A DNA stretch of 64,000 bases from a virus (lineage: Duplodnaviria; Caudoviricetes): IMG/VR virus record IMGVR_UViG_2895374923_000001, positions 1-64,000 of that record; one strand, 5' to 3'. The first letter of the stretch is position 1; every line of letters starts with the position of its first letter. Made by a program: the position numbers and the translations under genes. The notes below the pieces were generated by a model. That model ran no database searches. It was not told the DNA's origin and saw nothing but the letters and a program-made list of their open reading frames with translations. Shown in pieces: positions 9,813 through 19,900 of this stretch.

Positions 9813-10298
9813 ATGACCACGTTGACGCCGGATCAGCCTCGACAGGCTGGCGTCGTCGAACCCCGCACGCTGATCAGCGACGAGTTGTTCGGGCGGCTGA
9901 CCGCCCGCATCGAAGCCGACCACTACCTGCCTGCCGAACAGGCCGAGGCCATCATGGAACAGGCACTCGGCTTCCTGTACACCTGCGCCCGCAACCCCGG
10001 CGTGGCGCTGACGCCGTCCCCGCAGGTGGATCTCGGCTGGCACGCGTTCCTGACCTATACCCGCGAGTACGCCGCCTTCTGCGAGAAGGTGGCCGGGTGG
10101 TTCATCCACCACCAGCCCGACGAGCCCGGCACCGCCAGCCGCGACACTGGGACCGCCCGGCTCGGCCAGACCATGACCGCCATGCGCGCCGCCGGCGTCA
10201 CCCTGCAGCCCGAGTTGTGGCTGCTGCCCGCCGAATGCAGCCAGTGCTACGCCGGATGCACTGACGATCCGAGCCCGATCGAAGGAGCCGACCGATGA
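9813..10298 (+). CDS. Glycine-rich-domain (GRDP-like) protein
   Basis: PSPQVDLGWHAFLTYTREYAAFC...FIHH-P signature; C-terminal CSQCYAGC. Confidence 0.75.
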   Translation: MTTLTPDQPRQAGVVEPRTLISDELFGRLTARIEADHYLPAEQAEAIMEQALGFLYTCARNPGVALTPSPQVDLGWHAFLTYTREYAAFCEKVAGWFIHHQPDEPGTASRDTGTARLGQTMTAMRAAGVTLQPELWLLPAECSQCYAGCTDDPSPIEGADR

Positions 10299-11191
10299 CC
10301 CGTCCGCAGTGGGAAGACCTCCCGGCCGCCGTCCGCGATGCCGTACAGGAACACAGTGGACCGGTCGTCAAGGCCGAGACCGCGGTCGGCGGCATCATGC
10401 CGGGGATGGCCACGATCCTGCACACCGAGCCCGGCGACAGGTTCTTCCTCAAGGCCATCGAGATCAGCGACCCGGGCGCCATCCTGCATCAGCGGGAACG
10501 CTGGGCGGGCCTGCACCTGCCCGAGCAGGTCCCGGCACCGTGGATGGTGTGGAATGCCAGCTTCGACGGCTGGCACGTCGCGCTGTGGGACTACGTCGCC
10601 GACGCCCATCACGCCGACCTCTCGCCGGGATCACCAGACCTGCCCAAGATCGTGGACACCGTCGGGAGACTCGGCGCATGGCTCACCCCACCTCCGGCCG
10701 GCGCGAGGCTCGTCCAGAGCAACATCGAACCCCTACAGGCCAAGGCCAAGGCTATGCTCGCCAAACCGTCCGGCGAACTGGCCGACCGGGACGACTACGA
10801 GCGAGCGCTGGACGGGTTCGACGTCGCCGCGCTGCGCGGTAACACGCTCCTGCACTACGACCTCAGCGCCGGCAACCTGCTCATCACCACCAAGCAGGTC
10901 TACGTGATCGACTGGGCGTTCGCGGCCCAGGGCGCGTCCTGGATCGACGCCGCGATGCTCGCCCCGCGCCTCATCCAGGCAGGGCACACGCCCGAGCAGG
11001 CCGACACGCTGTTGTCCGGCCTGGTCGCCTGGGGTGCGGCGCCTCACCGTGCGGTGACCGGCCTCGCAGCGTTGTGGACCCTGTTCCGCCTCTATAAGGC
11101 CCAGCATGGGCCGGTGGAGGTCAGAGACGATCGTGCCCGCGCCGCCGAGGCGGGCAAGGCGTGGATGGGGTACTGGCTCTCCAAGAGCTAA
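10295..11191 (+). CDS. Aminoglycoside phosphotransferase (APH)-family kinase
   Basis: FFLKA, LLHYDLSAGNLL catalytic loop, VIDWA. Confidence 0.85.
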   Translation: MTRPQWEDLPAAVRDAVQEHSGPVVKAETAVGGIMPGMATILHTEPGDRFFLKAIEISDPGAILHQRERWAGLHLPEQVPAPWMVWNASFDGWHVALWDYVADAHHADLSPGSPDLPKIVDTVGRLGAWLTPPPAGARLVQSNIEPLQAKAKAMLAKPSGELADRDDYERALDGFDVAALRGNTLLHYDLSAGNLLITTKQVYVIDWAFAAQGASWIDAAMLAPRLIQAGHTPEQADTLLSGLVAWGAAPHRAVTGLAALWTLFRLYKAQHGPVEVRDDRARAAEAGKAWMGYWLSKS

Positions 11192-11230
11192 CAGGGAACG
11201 CCCGGTAGCCGCCCCACGCCCTGCCGGGTC

Positions 11231-11353
11231 AGGCCCCGCCCGTCCGGGTGGGCGGGGCCTGCAGCTTCTAGACACGACGAAAGGCCCCCACCCTGACCCG
11301 ATTTAGGTGCCCTATGTGGAGGGCACCTAAATCGGGAGGCGGGTGGGGGCCTT
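11231..11353. terminator. Two GC-rich hairpins between convergent operons
   Basis: AGGCCCCGCCC..GGGCGGGGCCT (11231-11260) and long IR AAGGCCCCCACCC/CCCGATTTAGGTGCCCT..AGGGCACCTAAATCGGG/GGGTGGGGGCCTT. Confidence 0.7.
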
Positions 11354-11364
11354 CTCGGTCGAGG

Positions 11365-11607
11365 TCAGCGGGTGTCGGTGGTGAAGCCTGCGGTGGCCGG
11401 GTCGCCGCCCGTGCCCGCCACGATGGATGTGAGCAGGGACACCACGGCGGCGAGACCGGCGACCGAAGCGACCGCGCTCCAGGGCACGGCGAGGATGCCG
11501 ACCATGTCGGCTCCGATGGTGGCCAGGGCGCTGGATGCGGCGGCGCGGATCATGCGCTCGGCGGCGTCCATCCAGAACAGGCCCGTGAGGAGTCGGCGCT
11601 GGGACAT
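11365..11607 (-). CDS. Holin (r1t-like)
   Basis: FWMDAAERMIRAAA motif, two TM segments, follows the endolysin. Confidence 0.8.
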   Translation of the reverse strand: MSQRRLLTGLFWMDAAERMIRAAASSALATIGADMVGILAVPWSAVASVAGLAAVVSLLTSIVAGTGGDPATAGFTTDTR

Positions 11608-11651
11608 GAGGATCTCCCCTCAGATCGGGTGCGGGATCTATAAGAGCTTGA

Positions 11652-12401
11652 TCATTTTGCGGGTGGAGTGACGGTGACAGCCCAGGTCAGAGCGCCGACG
11701 ATCCCGTCGTCGTCGAGGTTGGCGGCGCGCTGGATGTGGCGGCAGACGGTCCGGGAGTCCGGCCCATAGGCGCCGTCCGCGTCGAGGTGGTAGCCGAGGG
11801 CCTTTGCGGCGGTCTGCCAGCGGCGCACGTCGTCGCCGCGCATGACGGGCGGATACTTGAGCAGGCGACCAGGCCACGCGTCGGGGTCAGGTGGGGGGCC
11901 GCCGGGGCGCGGGCATCCGCGCCGCACCCAGCCATACAGCGCATCGCCAGGACAATCCGTCGAGTACCCGTCGCGGTGTCCCTTGATCTCCCGACCGGCG
12001 CCGCCACGCTGGCGCAGCAGTTCGATCGCGTCGAGGATGCCGATGAGCATCTCGTCCGAAGGCTCCGCCAGGCCGGTGGAGCCCAGCATGCCGAGAACGG
12101 CGTAGTGGTCCTCGTTGAGACCGGACCCGTTGGCCGCGACCAGGACGCCGGGGCCGCGGCCTTCGAGGATGTCGCCGTGCGGACAGACCCCGTACGAGTA
12201 GGCAAAGTCCACCCACCCGTTGCCGTCCATGTGCCAGCCCTGAATGTCTCGCATCAGGTCCAGGCACAGCTCATGGTCAGTCTGGAGGTTCGGGTTCACG
12301 CGCTGCCCGACGTAGTGGACCTTCACCCCTCGCGTCCTGGTGACCTTGGTGACGCTGCGGGGTCTGCGGGCGCCCCACTGTCTGCGGGTGATCACGGGCA
12401 T
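11652..12401 (-). CDS. Endolysin: PGRP-like N-acetylmuramoyl-L-alanine amidase with peptidoglycan-binding domain
   Basis: ITRRQWGA, KVHY, DFAYSY, GHRDGYSTDCPG; C-terminal DGAYGP/DGIVGALTW. Confidence 0.92.
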   Translation of the reverse strand: MPVITRRQWGARRPRSVTKVTRTRGVKVHYVGQRVNPNLQTDHELCLDLMRDIQGWHMDGNGWVDFAYSYGVCPHGDILEGRGPGVLVAANGSGLNEDHYAVLGMLGSTGLAEPSDEMLIGILDAIELLRQRGGAGREIKGHRDGYSTDCPGDALYGWVRRGCPRPGGPPPDPDAWPGRLLKYPPVMRGDDVRRWQTAAKALGYHLDADGAYGPDSRTVCRHIQRAANLDDDGIVGALTWAVTVTPPAK

Positions 12402-12880
12402 GGGGGTTCACCATCCCTGTGGTAGGAGAGCTTGAACTCGGCGAGTGTGAGCTTCACCGGGCCGGGTGCGTTGTGTTTGACCATGAGCGCGATCGAGGTT
12501 TCGGGATGGACGAACATTCCCCACGTCTTCGCTATGTACTGGCCGCCTGGGGTGATGGCCCGGTCCTCGGTGCATGTCGAGTCGTAGCCGGTGCTCAACC
12601 CGAGCGGGTCTCGGACGAAGCGGTCGCGCAGTTCGGTGTAGTTGTCGGCTTCCCAGTACATGAGCGCGTGCAGGGTGGCCCACGCGTCATGTTTCGGCCA
12701 GATCAGGCCCGAGCGCGGGTCCGGGTAGGCAGATGTCACTCCGTCCGGCTGGGCCGGGTCGTGCATGCCGTGCGCGTCGTAGGACTCGGTCCCGAAGGGG
12801 AAGCGCACGATGTAGTAGTCGGCGCCGGTTACGGGGATGGTCTGGGTGTTGGCCAGCAGGCTGCACACGTAGTCAGGCAT
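12392..12880 (-). CDS. Hypothetical virion/lysis-region protein
   Basis: 162-aa ORF in the late operon. Confidence 0.6.
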   Translation of the reverse strand: MPDYVCSLLANTQTIPVTGADYYIVRFPFGTESYDAHGMHDPAQPDGVTSAYPDPRSGLIWPKHDAWATLHALMYWEADNYTELRDRFVRDPLGLSTGYDSTCTEDRAITPGGQYIAKTWGMFVHPETSIALMVKHNAPGPVKLTLAEFKLSYHRDGEPPCP

Positions 12881-12886
12881 GGCGCG

Positions 12887-13192
12887 TCAGTCCTCCAGGT
12901 TCTCCAGGTGGGTGGTGAGCTTCTCCTCGACCCGCCTGACCGCGTCCTTCAGGCTGGAGCCGTCATTGGTCTGGACCTCGTGCTCGATGACCTCCAGGCG
13001 TTCCATCACACCCGGCTGGGGCGGATGGCCGGGCCGGGCTGGCTGGCCGCGCCAGTCATCCAAAAAGTCGTCAACACCCTGGAAGATCCGCCACAGGCGC
13101 CGCCCGATCCTGCCGAGGACGAACAGCAGGCCCAGCCCGGCCGCGATGATGCCCGCGACCACGAACACGTCGAGCAGGTAGTTGCCGGTCAT
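12887..13192 (-). CDS. Single-TM lysis-cassette membrane protein
   Basis: TM segment then DDFLDDWRG...PGVMERL...NDGSSLKDAV, common in actinophage lysis cassettes. Confidence 0.7.
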   Translation of the reverse strand: MTGNYLLDVFVVAGIIAAGLGLLFVLGRIGRRLWRIFQGVDDFLDDWRGQPARPGHPPQPGVMERLEVIEHEVQTNDGSSLKDAVRRVEEKLTTHLENLED

Positions 13193-13560
13193 CCAGCCTC
13201 CTCGGCGGCGCCGTGCACGCTCTTGAGGCCCTCCAGTTCCTTCTCCAGCTCGCGAACGCGCTGTCGGCGTAGCTCGCCCGGGTCGGCTGGTTTCGGGCGT
13301 GCGGGCAGCGTGAGACCGCGCCGGGCGAATAGATCTGTCTTCCTCGCCTCCATCAGCGCCTCGTCGTCGCCCTCGACTCGAAGCACCCGGTCCTCGGTCT
13401 TGAGTGGTGCCGAGCAGCCGGGGCAGAGGTCCGGGTCTTTTCCGGTCTCGGTGAAGTAGGCCGCTCCGAAGGTGTGCTTGCCCTGGCAGGCCGGGCAGAA
13501 GTAGATGGCGGACACCAGGTCGGCGGGCAGGTTGAGCTTCGCGGGCAGTGGTGTCGTCAT
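13189..13560 (-). CDS. Zinc-ribbon protein
   Basis: CPAC...CPGC; coupled to both neighbours. Confidence 0.6.
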   Translation of the reverse strand: MTTPLPAKLNLPADLVSAIYFCPACQGKHTFGAAYFTETGKDPDLCPGCSAPLKTEDRVLRVEGDDEALMEARKTDLFARRGLTLPARPKPADPGELRRQRVRELEKELEGLKSVHGAAEEAG

Positions 13561-14075
13561 GAGATCCTCGTCAAGATCAGCAGGGAGTTCGCTCGGACGA
13601 ACGTCGCGTTGGCGCTGGAGGTCTGCTGCGCCCAGGTCAAGGTCAGGTTTCCCGCCGTTCCCGCAACGCGCAGGATGCCCTTGTGGAGGGCGACCAGGAG
13701 CGTCGAGTTGTTGGTGATGCCGCCGTGTGAGGGTGTGCCGGACACGGACTGCGCGGTACGGCTCACCTGGTCCACGGTCGCCGTGGCGGACTGGGTGATG
13801 GCGTCGGCGACCCAATCGAACGTGGCCCCCGCCGGGGCGTCCCAGTCGGTTTTGATGTCCGCGGCCGGGTCCGCCGAGTAGATCAAGAAGACTTCGACGA
13901 AGTAGTCCGTGTTCGCCGAGACCGCCATCACCAGCTCGTTGTCCGCCTGCAAGACCGTGCTGCTGGTCACGGACTCGTCGGCGGCCTTGATGATGACGGC
14001 CTGCTGGGCGAAGTACTGCGTCATCTCGGAGGCGTCGAGGACCTCGAACGGGGTGAACGTCTTGAACCCTGGCAT
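13557..14075 (-). CDS. Tail fibre/receptor-binding protein paralog 3
   Basis: MPGFKTF..KAADESVTSSTVLQAD..WAQQTSSANAT; beta-rich. Confidence 0.7.
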   Translation of the reverse strand: MPGFKTFTPFEVLDASEMTQYFAQQAVIIKAADESVTSSTVLQADNELVMAVSANTDYFVEVFLIYSADPAADIKTDWDAPAGATFDWVADAITQSATATVDQVSRTAQSVSGTPSHGGITNNSTLLVALHKGILRVAGTAGNLTLTWAQQTSSANATFVRANSLLILTRIS

Positions 14076-14587
14076 CAGGCGATCACTCTCGTACAGCGCA
14101 GGAATGAGTTCACGAACACGCGGGTCGCGGTTCCGCTCGACGTGCCTTGCGCCCATTGGAGCTTGAACGTGCCGCCTGAGGCGGCGGTGCGGATGATGCC
14201 GGCGACGTGCACGATGCTGCTCGTGCCGGCGGCGATCGTGCCCATGACCGTGGTCGTGGCGCCCACCTTCCAGTTGCGGTCCACGTCCGTGACGGTGCCG
14301 GTGGCGCCGGAGACCGGGCCGTTGGCCAGCCACCGGACCGTGCCGCTGGGGACGACGAACTGGAGGCGGAAGTCTCCGGCCAGCGCGCCGTCCGTGATGA
14401 GGATGCCGTCGAGCCAGTAGGTGGTGTTGGCGTTCAACGTCATCGACAGATGGTCGTCGTCTTGCACGGTGGTGGACGAGGTCACGGACTCGGTGGCGGT
14501 CTTGCGCGCTACCTGCTGCTGGGTGAAGTAGGCGTTGACGTCCGCGGTCAGCGGGTACTCGTTGACGCTGAAGGTCTTGAACGCCAT
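14075..14587 (-). CDS. Tail fibre/receptor-binding protein paralog 2
   Basis: MAFKTF..KTATESVTSSTTVQDD..WAQGTSSGTAT. Confidence 0.7.
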   Translation of the reverse strand: MAFKTFSVNEYPLTADVNAYFTQQQVARKTATESVTSSTTVQDDDHLSMTLNANTTYWLDGILITDGALAGDFRLQFVVPSGTVRWLANGPVSGATGTVTDVDRNWKVGATTTVMGTIAAGTSSIVHVAGIIRTAASGGTFKLQWAQGTSSGTATRVFVNSFLRCTRVIA

Positions 14588-14588
14588 G

Positions 14589-15101
14589 TCACACCAGCTT
14601 CGTGACGATGAGACAGGACAGCGCCTTGACCTTCGTCGCGGTCGCCGAGCTGGACGATTGCGCCCACCGGAAGCCGAACACTCCGGCGGTTGCCCCGACC
14701 TTGAGCAAGCCCACGGCCGGGACGATGAGGAAGCTTCCGGCGCCGTTGGTCTGCATGTCCGGGACGCTGCCGATGGTCTGCCGGGTACGGGACACCGGGC
14801 CGAACCCGTCCGCGTCGTCGCCCAACGCGTCCGAGCACCAATCGAAGGTCGCCCCGCTTGGCCCGTACCAGCCGAGTTGGATGCCGCCGCCTGTGTCCGC
14901 CCCGTCGATCATGAGGTACGACTTGATCCAGTAGTTCGTGGTCGCGACCGCGTTGAACTTCAGGTGGTTGTCGTTCTGCATCGTCGTGGACGACGCCACG
15001 CTCTCATCGGAGGGTTTGTCCACGAGCAGGCATTGGACGATCTTCGTGTTGGCGTCGGTGGCGCCCCACTGCGCGCCGTCTACCCAGGTGCCGAACGCCA
15101 T
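14589..15101 (-). CDS. Tail fibre/receptor-binding protein paralog 1
   Basis: MAFGTW..KPSDESVASSTTMQND..WAQSSSSATAT. Confidence 0.7.
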   Translation of the reverse strand: MAFGTWVDGAQWGATDANTKIVQCLLVDKPSDESVASSTTMQNDNHLKFNAVATTNYWIKSYLMIDGADTGGGIQLGWYGPSGATFDWCSDALGDDADGFGPVSRTRQTIGSVPDMQTNGAGSFLIVPAVGLLKVGATAGVFGFRWAQSSSSATATKVKALSCLIVTKLV

Positions 15102-16969
15102 CAGAACCCCAACGGGTTGAGGTCGAGGCGGCCTCTGGTCGCGTGGCCGATGATGAAGAACGAGCCGCCGGCCGCGGTGGATTGCAGGGTCCAGCGGGTG
15201 ACCCACGCCTGTCCGGGGACAGCTTGGTGTTCGATGCCGCGGATGAAGTAGTCCTGCTCGGTCATGCTGCCGCCCCCTGGTGGCCGCCGCCGGATGGTGA
15301 TCCGGTCGCCGATGAGCCGGTTGAACGCCTGGGGGAAGAGGTCCGCTTCGCTTCTTCCGGGCTTGATCTCGATGGACTCGAATCGCTGCTCTGGCTGGGC
15401 CGACAGGCTCAGAACCCACTGCGCCATGTTGAGCGCGGAGGAGTCGTTGTTGAACAGCAGGTTGTCCCTGGTGTAGCTGCGGACGAGGTACTCAGCCTGG
15501 CTGGCCAGGTCCTCGGCCACCTGCTGCGTTCCGCCGGCCCGGGTGATGATGACCCGGTTGACGAGCTGGGTGTCGTCGTTGGCCAGCGCCAGATCGGTGT
15601 AGGGCAGTTCGGCGCCGCCGCCATCGCCGAACGTCGCCTGCGAGGTGGTCGAGCGAGAGTCATTGTTGATCGCCGCCCGGTTCCTGAAGAACACCTTCCC
15701 GTCAGCGGTGACGTACAGCTCGCCGACCTCGGTCTCGTTGGTGAGCAGCAGCTCGTCCATCAGGTTGCCGTCGAGTGTGGTCGCCTGCAGGGTGACGTCC
15801 CCGGTCGCGATGCTGCGCAGCGAGGCCGGCCAGCTGGCGTTATCGAGGATGCGGTTGATCCTCGCGCTGGTCAGCTCGGAGGGGGCCGCGACCGAGTCGG
15901 AGGCCCGCCGGTCGAAGCTACTGAAGATCTTGAAGGCGTCGGTGCACGGCACGACGCACGTGGACTTGTTCGGCCCCTCCCACGTGACCTTCCACAGATC
16001 GGCGTAGCCGCGGAACAGGTCGTAGGTGACGCTGTTCCAGATCGCCCTGATGCGAACCGGGCGCATCGCCTTGACCAGCGTGCCGCCCGACCCGCTCGAC
16101 AAGCCCGCGAGCGACTTGTGCGCCATCGAGCCGGTGGTGAAGTTGCCCGACTGCGCGTCCTCGGCCTCGGTGTACGGGCCCTCGGTCGCCGACCAGTCCC
16201 AGCTCGCACCAGGCCCACCGCCCACGGCGGAGACGAACCGCAACTCGTAGTCGGCCGTGCCTGCCGGGGTGATGGACGGCGTGTCAAAGAACGCCGTGCC
16301 GTCGTTGTCCGTGCTCGCGAACGTGGGCGTGCCTGACGCGTCGCGCACGGCAGCGATGATGACGACCCCATCCGAGGCGCTGGCCTGCGTGAAGCCGTAA
16401 GTGGACGGCTCGCTCCCACCGGCCACCTTCCACCACACCTTGGAGTGCAGCGCGTTCTCGCCGGCGTCGCGCGAGGTGAGCAACTGCCACGTCGTACCAC
16501 CGGTCGGCGTGGCCATGGCCGAGGCCGTACCCCAGTCGCCCGCCTGAAAGGCCACCAGGACGTCGCCGCTCACCACGCCGGACGGCTTGGCACACGTGTA
16601 AGAGGTGGACGTCGAGGTGGCCACGGTCGAATCCCGCAGGCTGGCCTCGATCGTCTCCGGATCAGTGCTGGCCACCGCCACCGTGAAGCCGTGCCCGAGC
16701 ACCTGCACAATGGCGCAGGCGGCCTGCTGGATGCCCGAGGCCACGGAACCGGACGGCAGCGTGTACGGCCCGGTCAGGTGGGTGGGGTCGAACCTCCTGT
16801 CGCTGTTGTTCAACTGCAGTTCGCAGGTTCCCGCCTCATACCGGATCACCGGGGACTCGACCCGGCTGGAACCGCGCTTGATGGTCAGCTTCTGCAAGAA
16901 GGCGGAGATGTCGATCCAGGTGCCGTTGTTCTCGAAGTCGCAGGCCACGTTGATGATCGGGAATGCCAT
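15101..16969 (-). CDS. Minor tail/baseplate hub protein with an inserted beta-rich domain
   Basis: Directly after the tape measure; LQLNNSDRRFDP...MRPVRIRA...LFRGYAD. Confidence 0.75.
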   Translation of the reverse strand: MAFPIINVACDFENNGTWIDISAFLQKLTIKRGSSRVESPVIRYEAGTCELQLNNSDRRFDPTHLTGPYTLPSGSVASGIQQAACAIVQVLGHGFTVAVASTDPETIEASLRDSTVATSTSTSYTCAKPSGVVSGDVLVAFQAGDWGTASAMATPTGGTTWQLLTSRDAGENALHSKVWWKVAGGSEPSTYGFTQASASDGVVIIAAVRDASGTPTFASTDNDGTAFFDTPSITPAGTADYELRFVSAVGGGPGASWDWSATEGPYTEAEDAQSGNFTTGSMAHKSLAGLSSGSGGTLVKAMRPVRIRAIWNSVTYDLFRGYADLWKVTWEGPNKSTCVVPCTDAFKIFSSFDRRASDSVAAPSELTSARINRILDNASWPASLRSIATGDVTLQATTLDGNLMDELLLTNETEVGELYVTADGKVFFRNRAAINNDSRSTTSQATFGDGGGAELPYTDLALANDDTQLVNRVIITRAGGTQQVAEDLASQAEYLVRSYTRDNLLFNNDSSALNMAQWVLSLSAQPEQRFESIEIKPGRSEADLFPQAFNRLIGDRITIRRRPPGGGSMTEQDYFIRGIEHQAVPGQAWVTRWTLQSTAAGGSFFIIGHATRGRLDLNPLGF

Positions 16970-16970
16970 G

Positions 16971-19900
16971 TCACCCCCGGATCTTCAAGGCGATGCCGCC
17001 GCGGTCCTTGGCGTACCGCTGGAGCTTCTGGACGAAGTCGGCGACGTCCTGGACGCCGTGGAAGTGGGCGTTCTGGATGATCAGGTCGCCGCCGCGCATC
17101 TTGTCCACGTTGGCCAGCGGCTCGGGGGCGCCGGTGCCGTTGTAGACCATGGACCACTCGGGCGGGAGCATGCCGCCGTCGTCGAACTTCAAGCCGTACC
17201 GGCGGGAGAACAGATCGTTGCTGGCGCCGCGTGCTGCCGGGCCGACGACGACGCCGCGGCTTCCGCGGGACTCGACGTTGGTCCCGCCGAGCGTGCCGGC
17301 CATGTGGCCGACGCCGGCGTCGGTGACGCCGACCATGAAGCCGCTCTGCCGGTTCCGGATGAAGCCGTCCGGGCCGCCGCGGGTGCCGAACGAGTGGGTG
17401 GTGTGGCGTCTGCTGTAGGGGCTCCGGCCCTGGATCACGTTCGTGATCGCAGAGGTGAAGCCGGAGCAGTCGTAGCCGTAGGGGCCGACGCCGCCCCAGA
17501 TGTACGGCTTGCCCGCCTGCGCACGAGCCCACGTCAGCGCGTTCTGTACGCCGGGACCGCCGAGCCAGACCTTGTTGTAGGCGCCTGAGACGGCCTTGCC
17601 CATCTGAGAGGCCCACGAGCCGTACAGGGCGTTCGCCTTGGCGGCCATGGCCTGCACCGACGACAGGCCGCTGATGGAGTGCTTGGCGATGATGCCGCCC
17701 GAGGCGTACCCGACGCCTTCGCCGCCCATCCGGGGAGCCCAGCGTGGACCGACACCCATCGCCTTGGCGACCGCGGACGCGCCGCCGTGGCGGGCGATGG
17801 CGTTCATGGTGTGGACGTAGCCGCTGCCAACGGCGCGGGTCCACTCCGGCCTCATGACGGCTTCACCGCCGGACAGCCCGATTTTGCCGCGCCCGTCTGG
17901 GGAGTAGAAGAAGTGGTTGTCCTTGCCGGGGCTGTAGCCGGGCAGGATGTCCGGCATGACGCCGCCGGTGGCGTTCAGCACGGTGCCGGTTGAGCCGCCG
18001 ACGTTGACGCGGAAGCCGACGAGCTTGCCGCCGGCCTTGACCTCGATCATCACGCGCCGGTTCTTGATCTTGTCGGTGGCGCCGTTGATCTGCGATGGGA
18101 GTTTGAGGTACCGGGCGACGAGCTTGTCTATCTCGGCGCGCGACAGGCCGGACTGAACGAGCACGCCGCGCAGCCGGGAGATCTCGGTGGCGAAAACCTT
18201 GTTGGCTCTGTCGACGCTGTTGGTCTGGTCGTTGACCTTCTTGGAGTGCTCGACTGCGGCGTTGATCGAGCCGATCAGCACGCGGGTGGCTTCGCGACCG
18301 GCCTTGCTGTTGATGTCGATCTTGCCGGTACGTTCGTCGATCTTGACGTTGTTCTTCCGGAACGCCTCGGTGAGTTCGTCCAGCGAGTCGCGGAACGCGA
18401 TACCGGCGAGGTCGGCGTCGCCCGTCTTGTTCTTGTACTTCGCCAGCTCTGCTGTCAGCCCGGCGACCTGGACCTTGGCGTCCTTCGCCGAGGAGCCCAC
18501 CGAGGACATGCTGTCCGCGACGTTCTTCGACGCCGCCGACGTGCTCGGCGCACCCGCGACAATGCGCTGATAGCGCCCGGTCGCGTCCGAGATGGCTTGG
18601 TTTTGGCCGGTGATCGCGTTGCTGAGTAGGAGCGCATCGCCGGTCAGCTGCTTCTGCGCCGTCCGGAACTGGCCGACCCTGCCGCCTGCGGCGTTGACCG
18701 TGGTGGCGTGAGTCTGCAACTGGGCGGTCAGCTCGGCGAGCGTCTCCTTCTCGCCGAGCGCCGCGTCGGTCACCTTCTGCAGGTTGATGCCCAGCCGTTC
18801 GGCGGCCTTGTACACGCCCTGGGTTTCCAGCGCGGACTGGATGCTCTTGACCGAGGCGTCGTCCAACGCGCCGTTGTTGGCGATGAGCGCGTCGGTCAGG
18901 TTCTTGACGTGCTGCTCCGCCTCGTCGTTGCGGCTGGAGAAGATGAGCAGACCGGCCGCGGCGGCCGTGATGGCGAGCCCCCACGGGCCGCCGAGGAACC
19001 CGGCGAAGCCGCCGAGAGCGACCCTCGACTTCCCTGCGGCACCGCTCGCCGAGGAGAGGTTCTCCCGGAACTTCGACACCGGCCCGTCTGCCGCGCGGAA
19101 CGCAGCCGCAGCCGTTCCGACCACGGCCAGGAGCGGACGCAGACGGGATGTCACCGTACCGATGACCACGCTGAACGCGAGGAACTGTACGACACCGTTG
19201 CGTAGCGGCTCGGGCAGGCCGTTGATCAGCTTGACGACGCTGGCGAGCGGACCCAGCAGGATGGGCAGCACATCGGCCACTGCGACCGCCGTGTCCTTGA
19301 GCAGGCCGAACACCTCGGCGGCCTGCTTCTGCCCTTCGACGCTTCGCGACCAGGCGGCGAAGCGGGCGGTCCCGGCCTCCAGGGTGTCGAGCAGCCCATC
19401 GCCGGTGCTCTTGGCCTGGCTGAACATGCCGACCAGGCCCTTGATCGCGTTGCCGCCGATCCGGCCGAGCTGGGCGAGGGTGTCGCCCGCCTTGACCGCG
19501 CCACGCTGCAGCATCGCGGCACCGCGCTCGGAGGAGACGAACGCGTCAGCGGCCTTGGCCCCGTTGACCGCCCACCCGGCCATCCGCTGCGCCAAGGTGA
19601 AGCTGGGACCGACGAGCCCGGACACCGTGCGCAGCAGCGGCTGAACGGCGCCGGTCACGGTGCCCATGATCCGGCTCGTTCCGGCGAACACCCGGTTGAC
19701 CGTGCCTCGGGCGAGGTCCGTCTTGCCGAACGCGGTCACTTCCCTGGCGCCGGTGTTGAAGGCGCCGGCCACGGCGAGCATGCCGGTGCGGGTCTCCGGC
19801 AGGAGGTTCACGGCGACCGGCCGTAGCTCGTTCGCCAAGCCCGCGAAGATCTTGTCTTGGACGGCCTGCTGGATGGGGTCGAACGACCTCTTCAGCCCGG

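Noticed and set aside
10295-11191. Aminoglycoside resistance gene
   Set aside because: The APH fold is broad; the sequence and context fit uncharacterised actinomycete kinases rather than known resistance enzymes
13557-15101. Diversity-generating retroelement or shufflon acting on the fibre genes
   Set aside because: No reverse transcriptase or invertase, no near-identical TR/VR pair, and all three genes are co-oriented with their own starts
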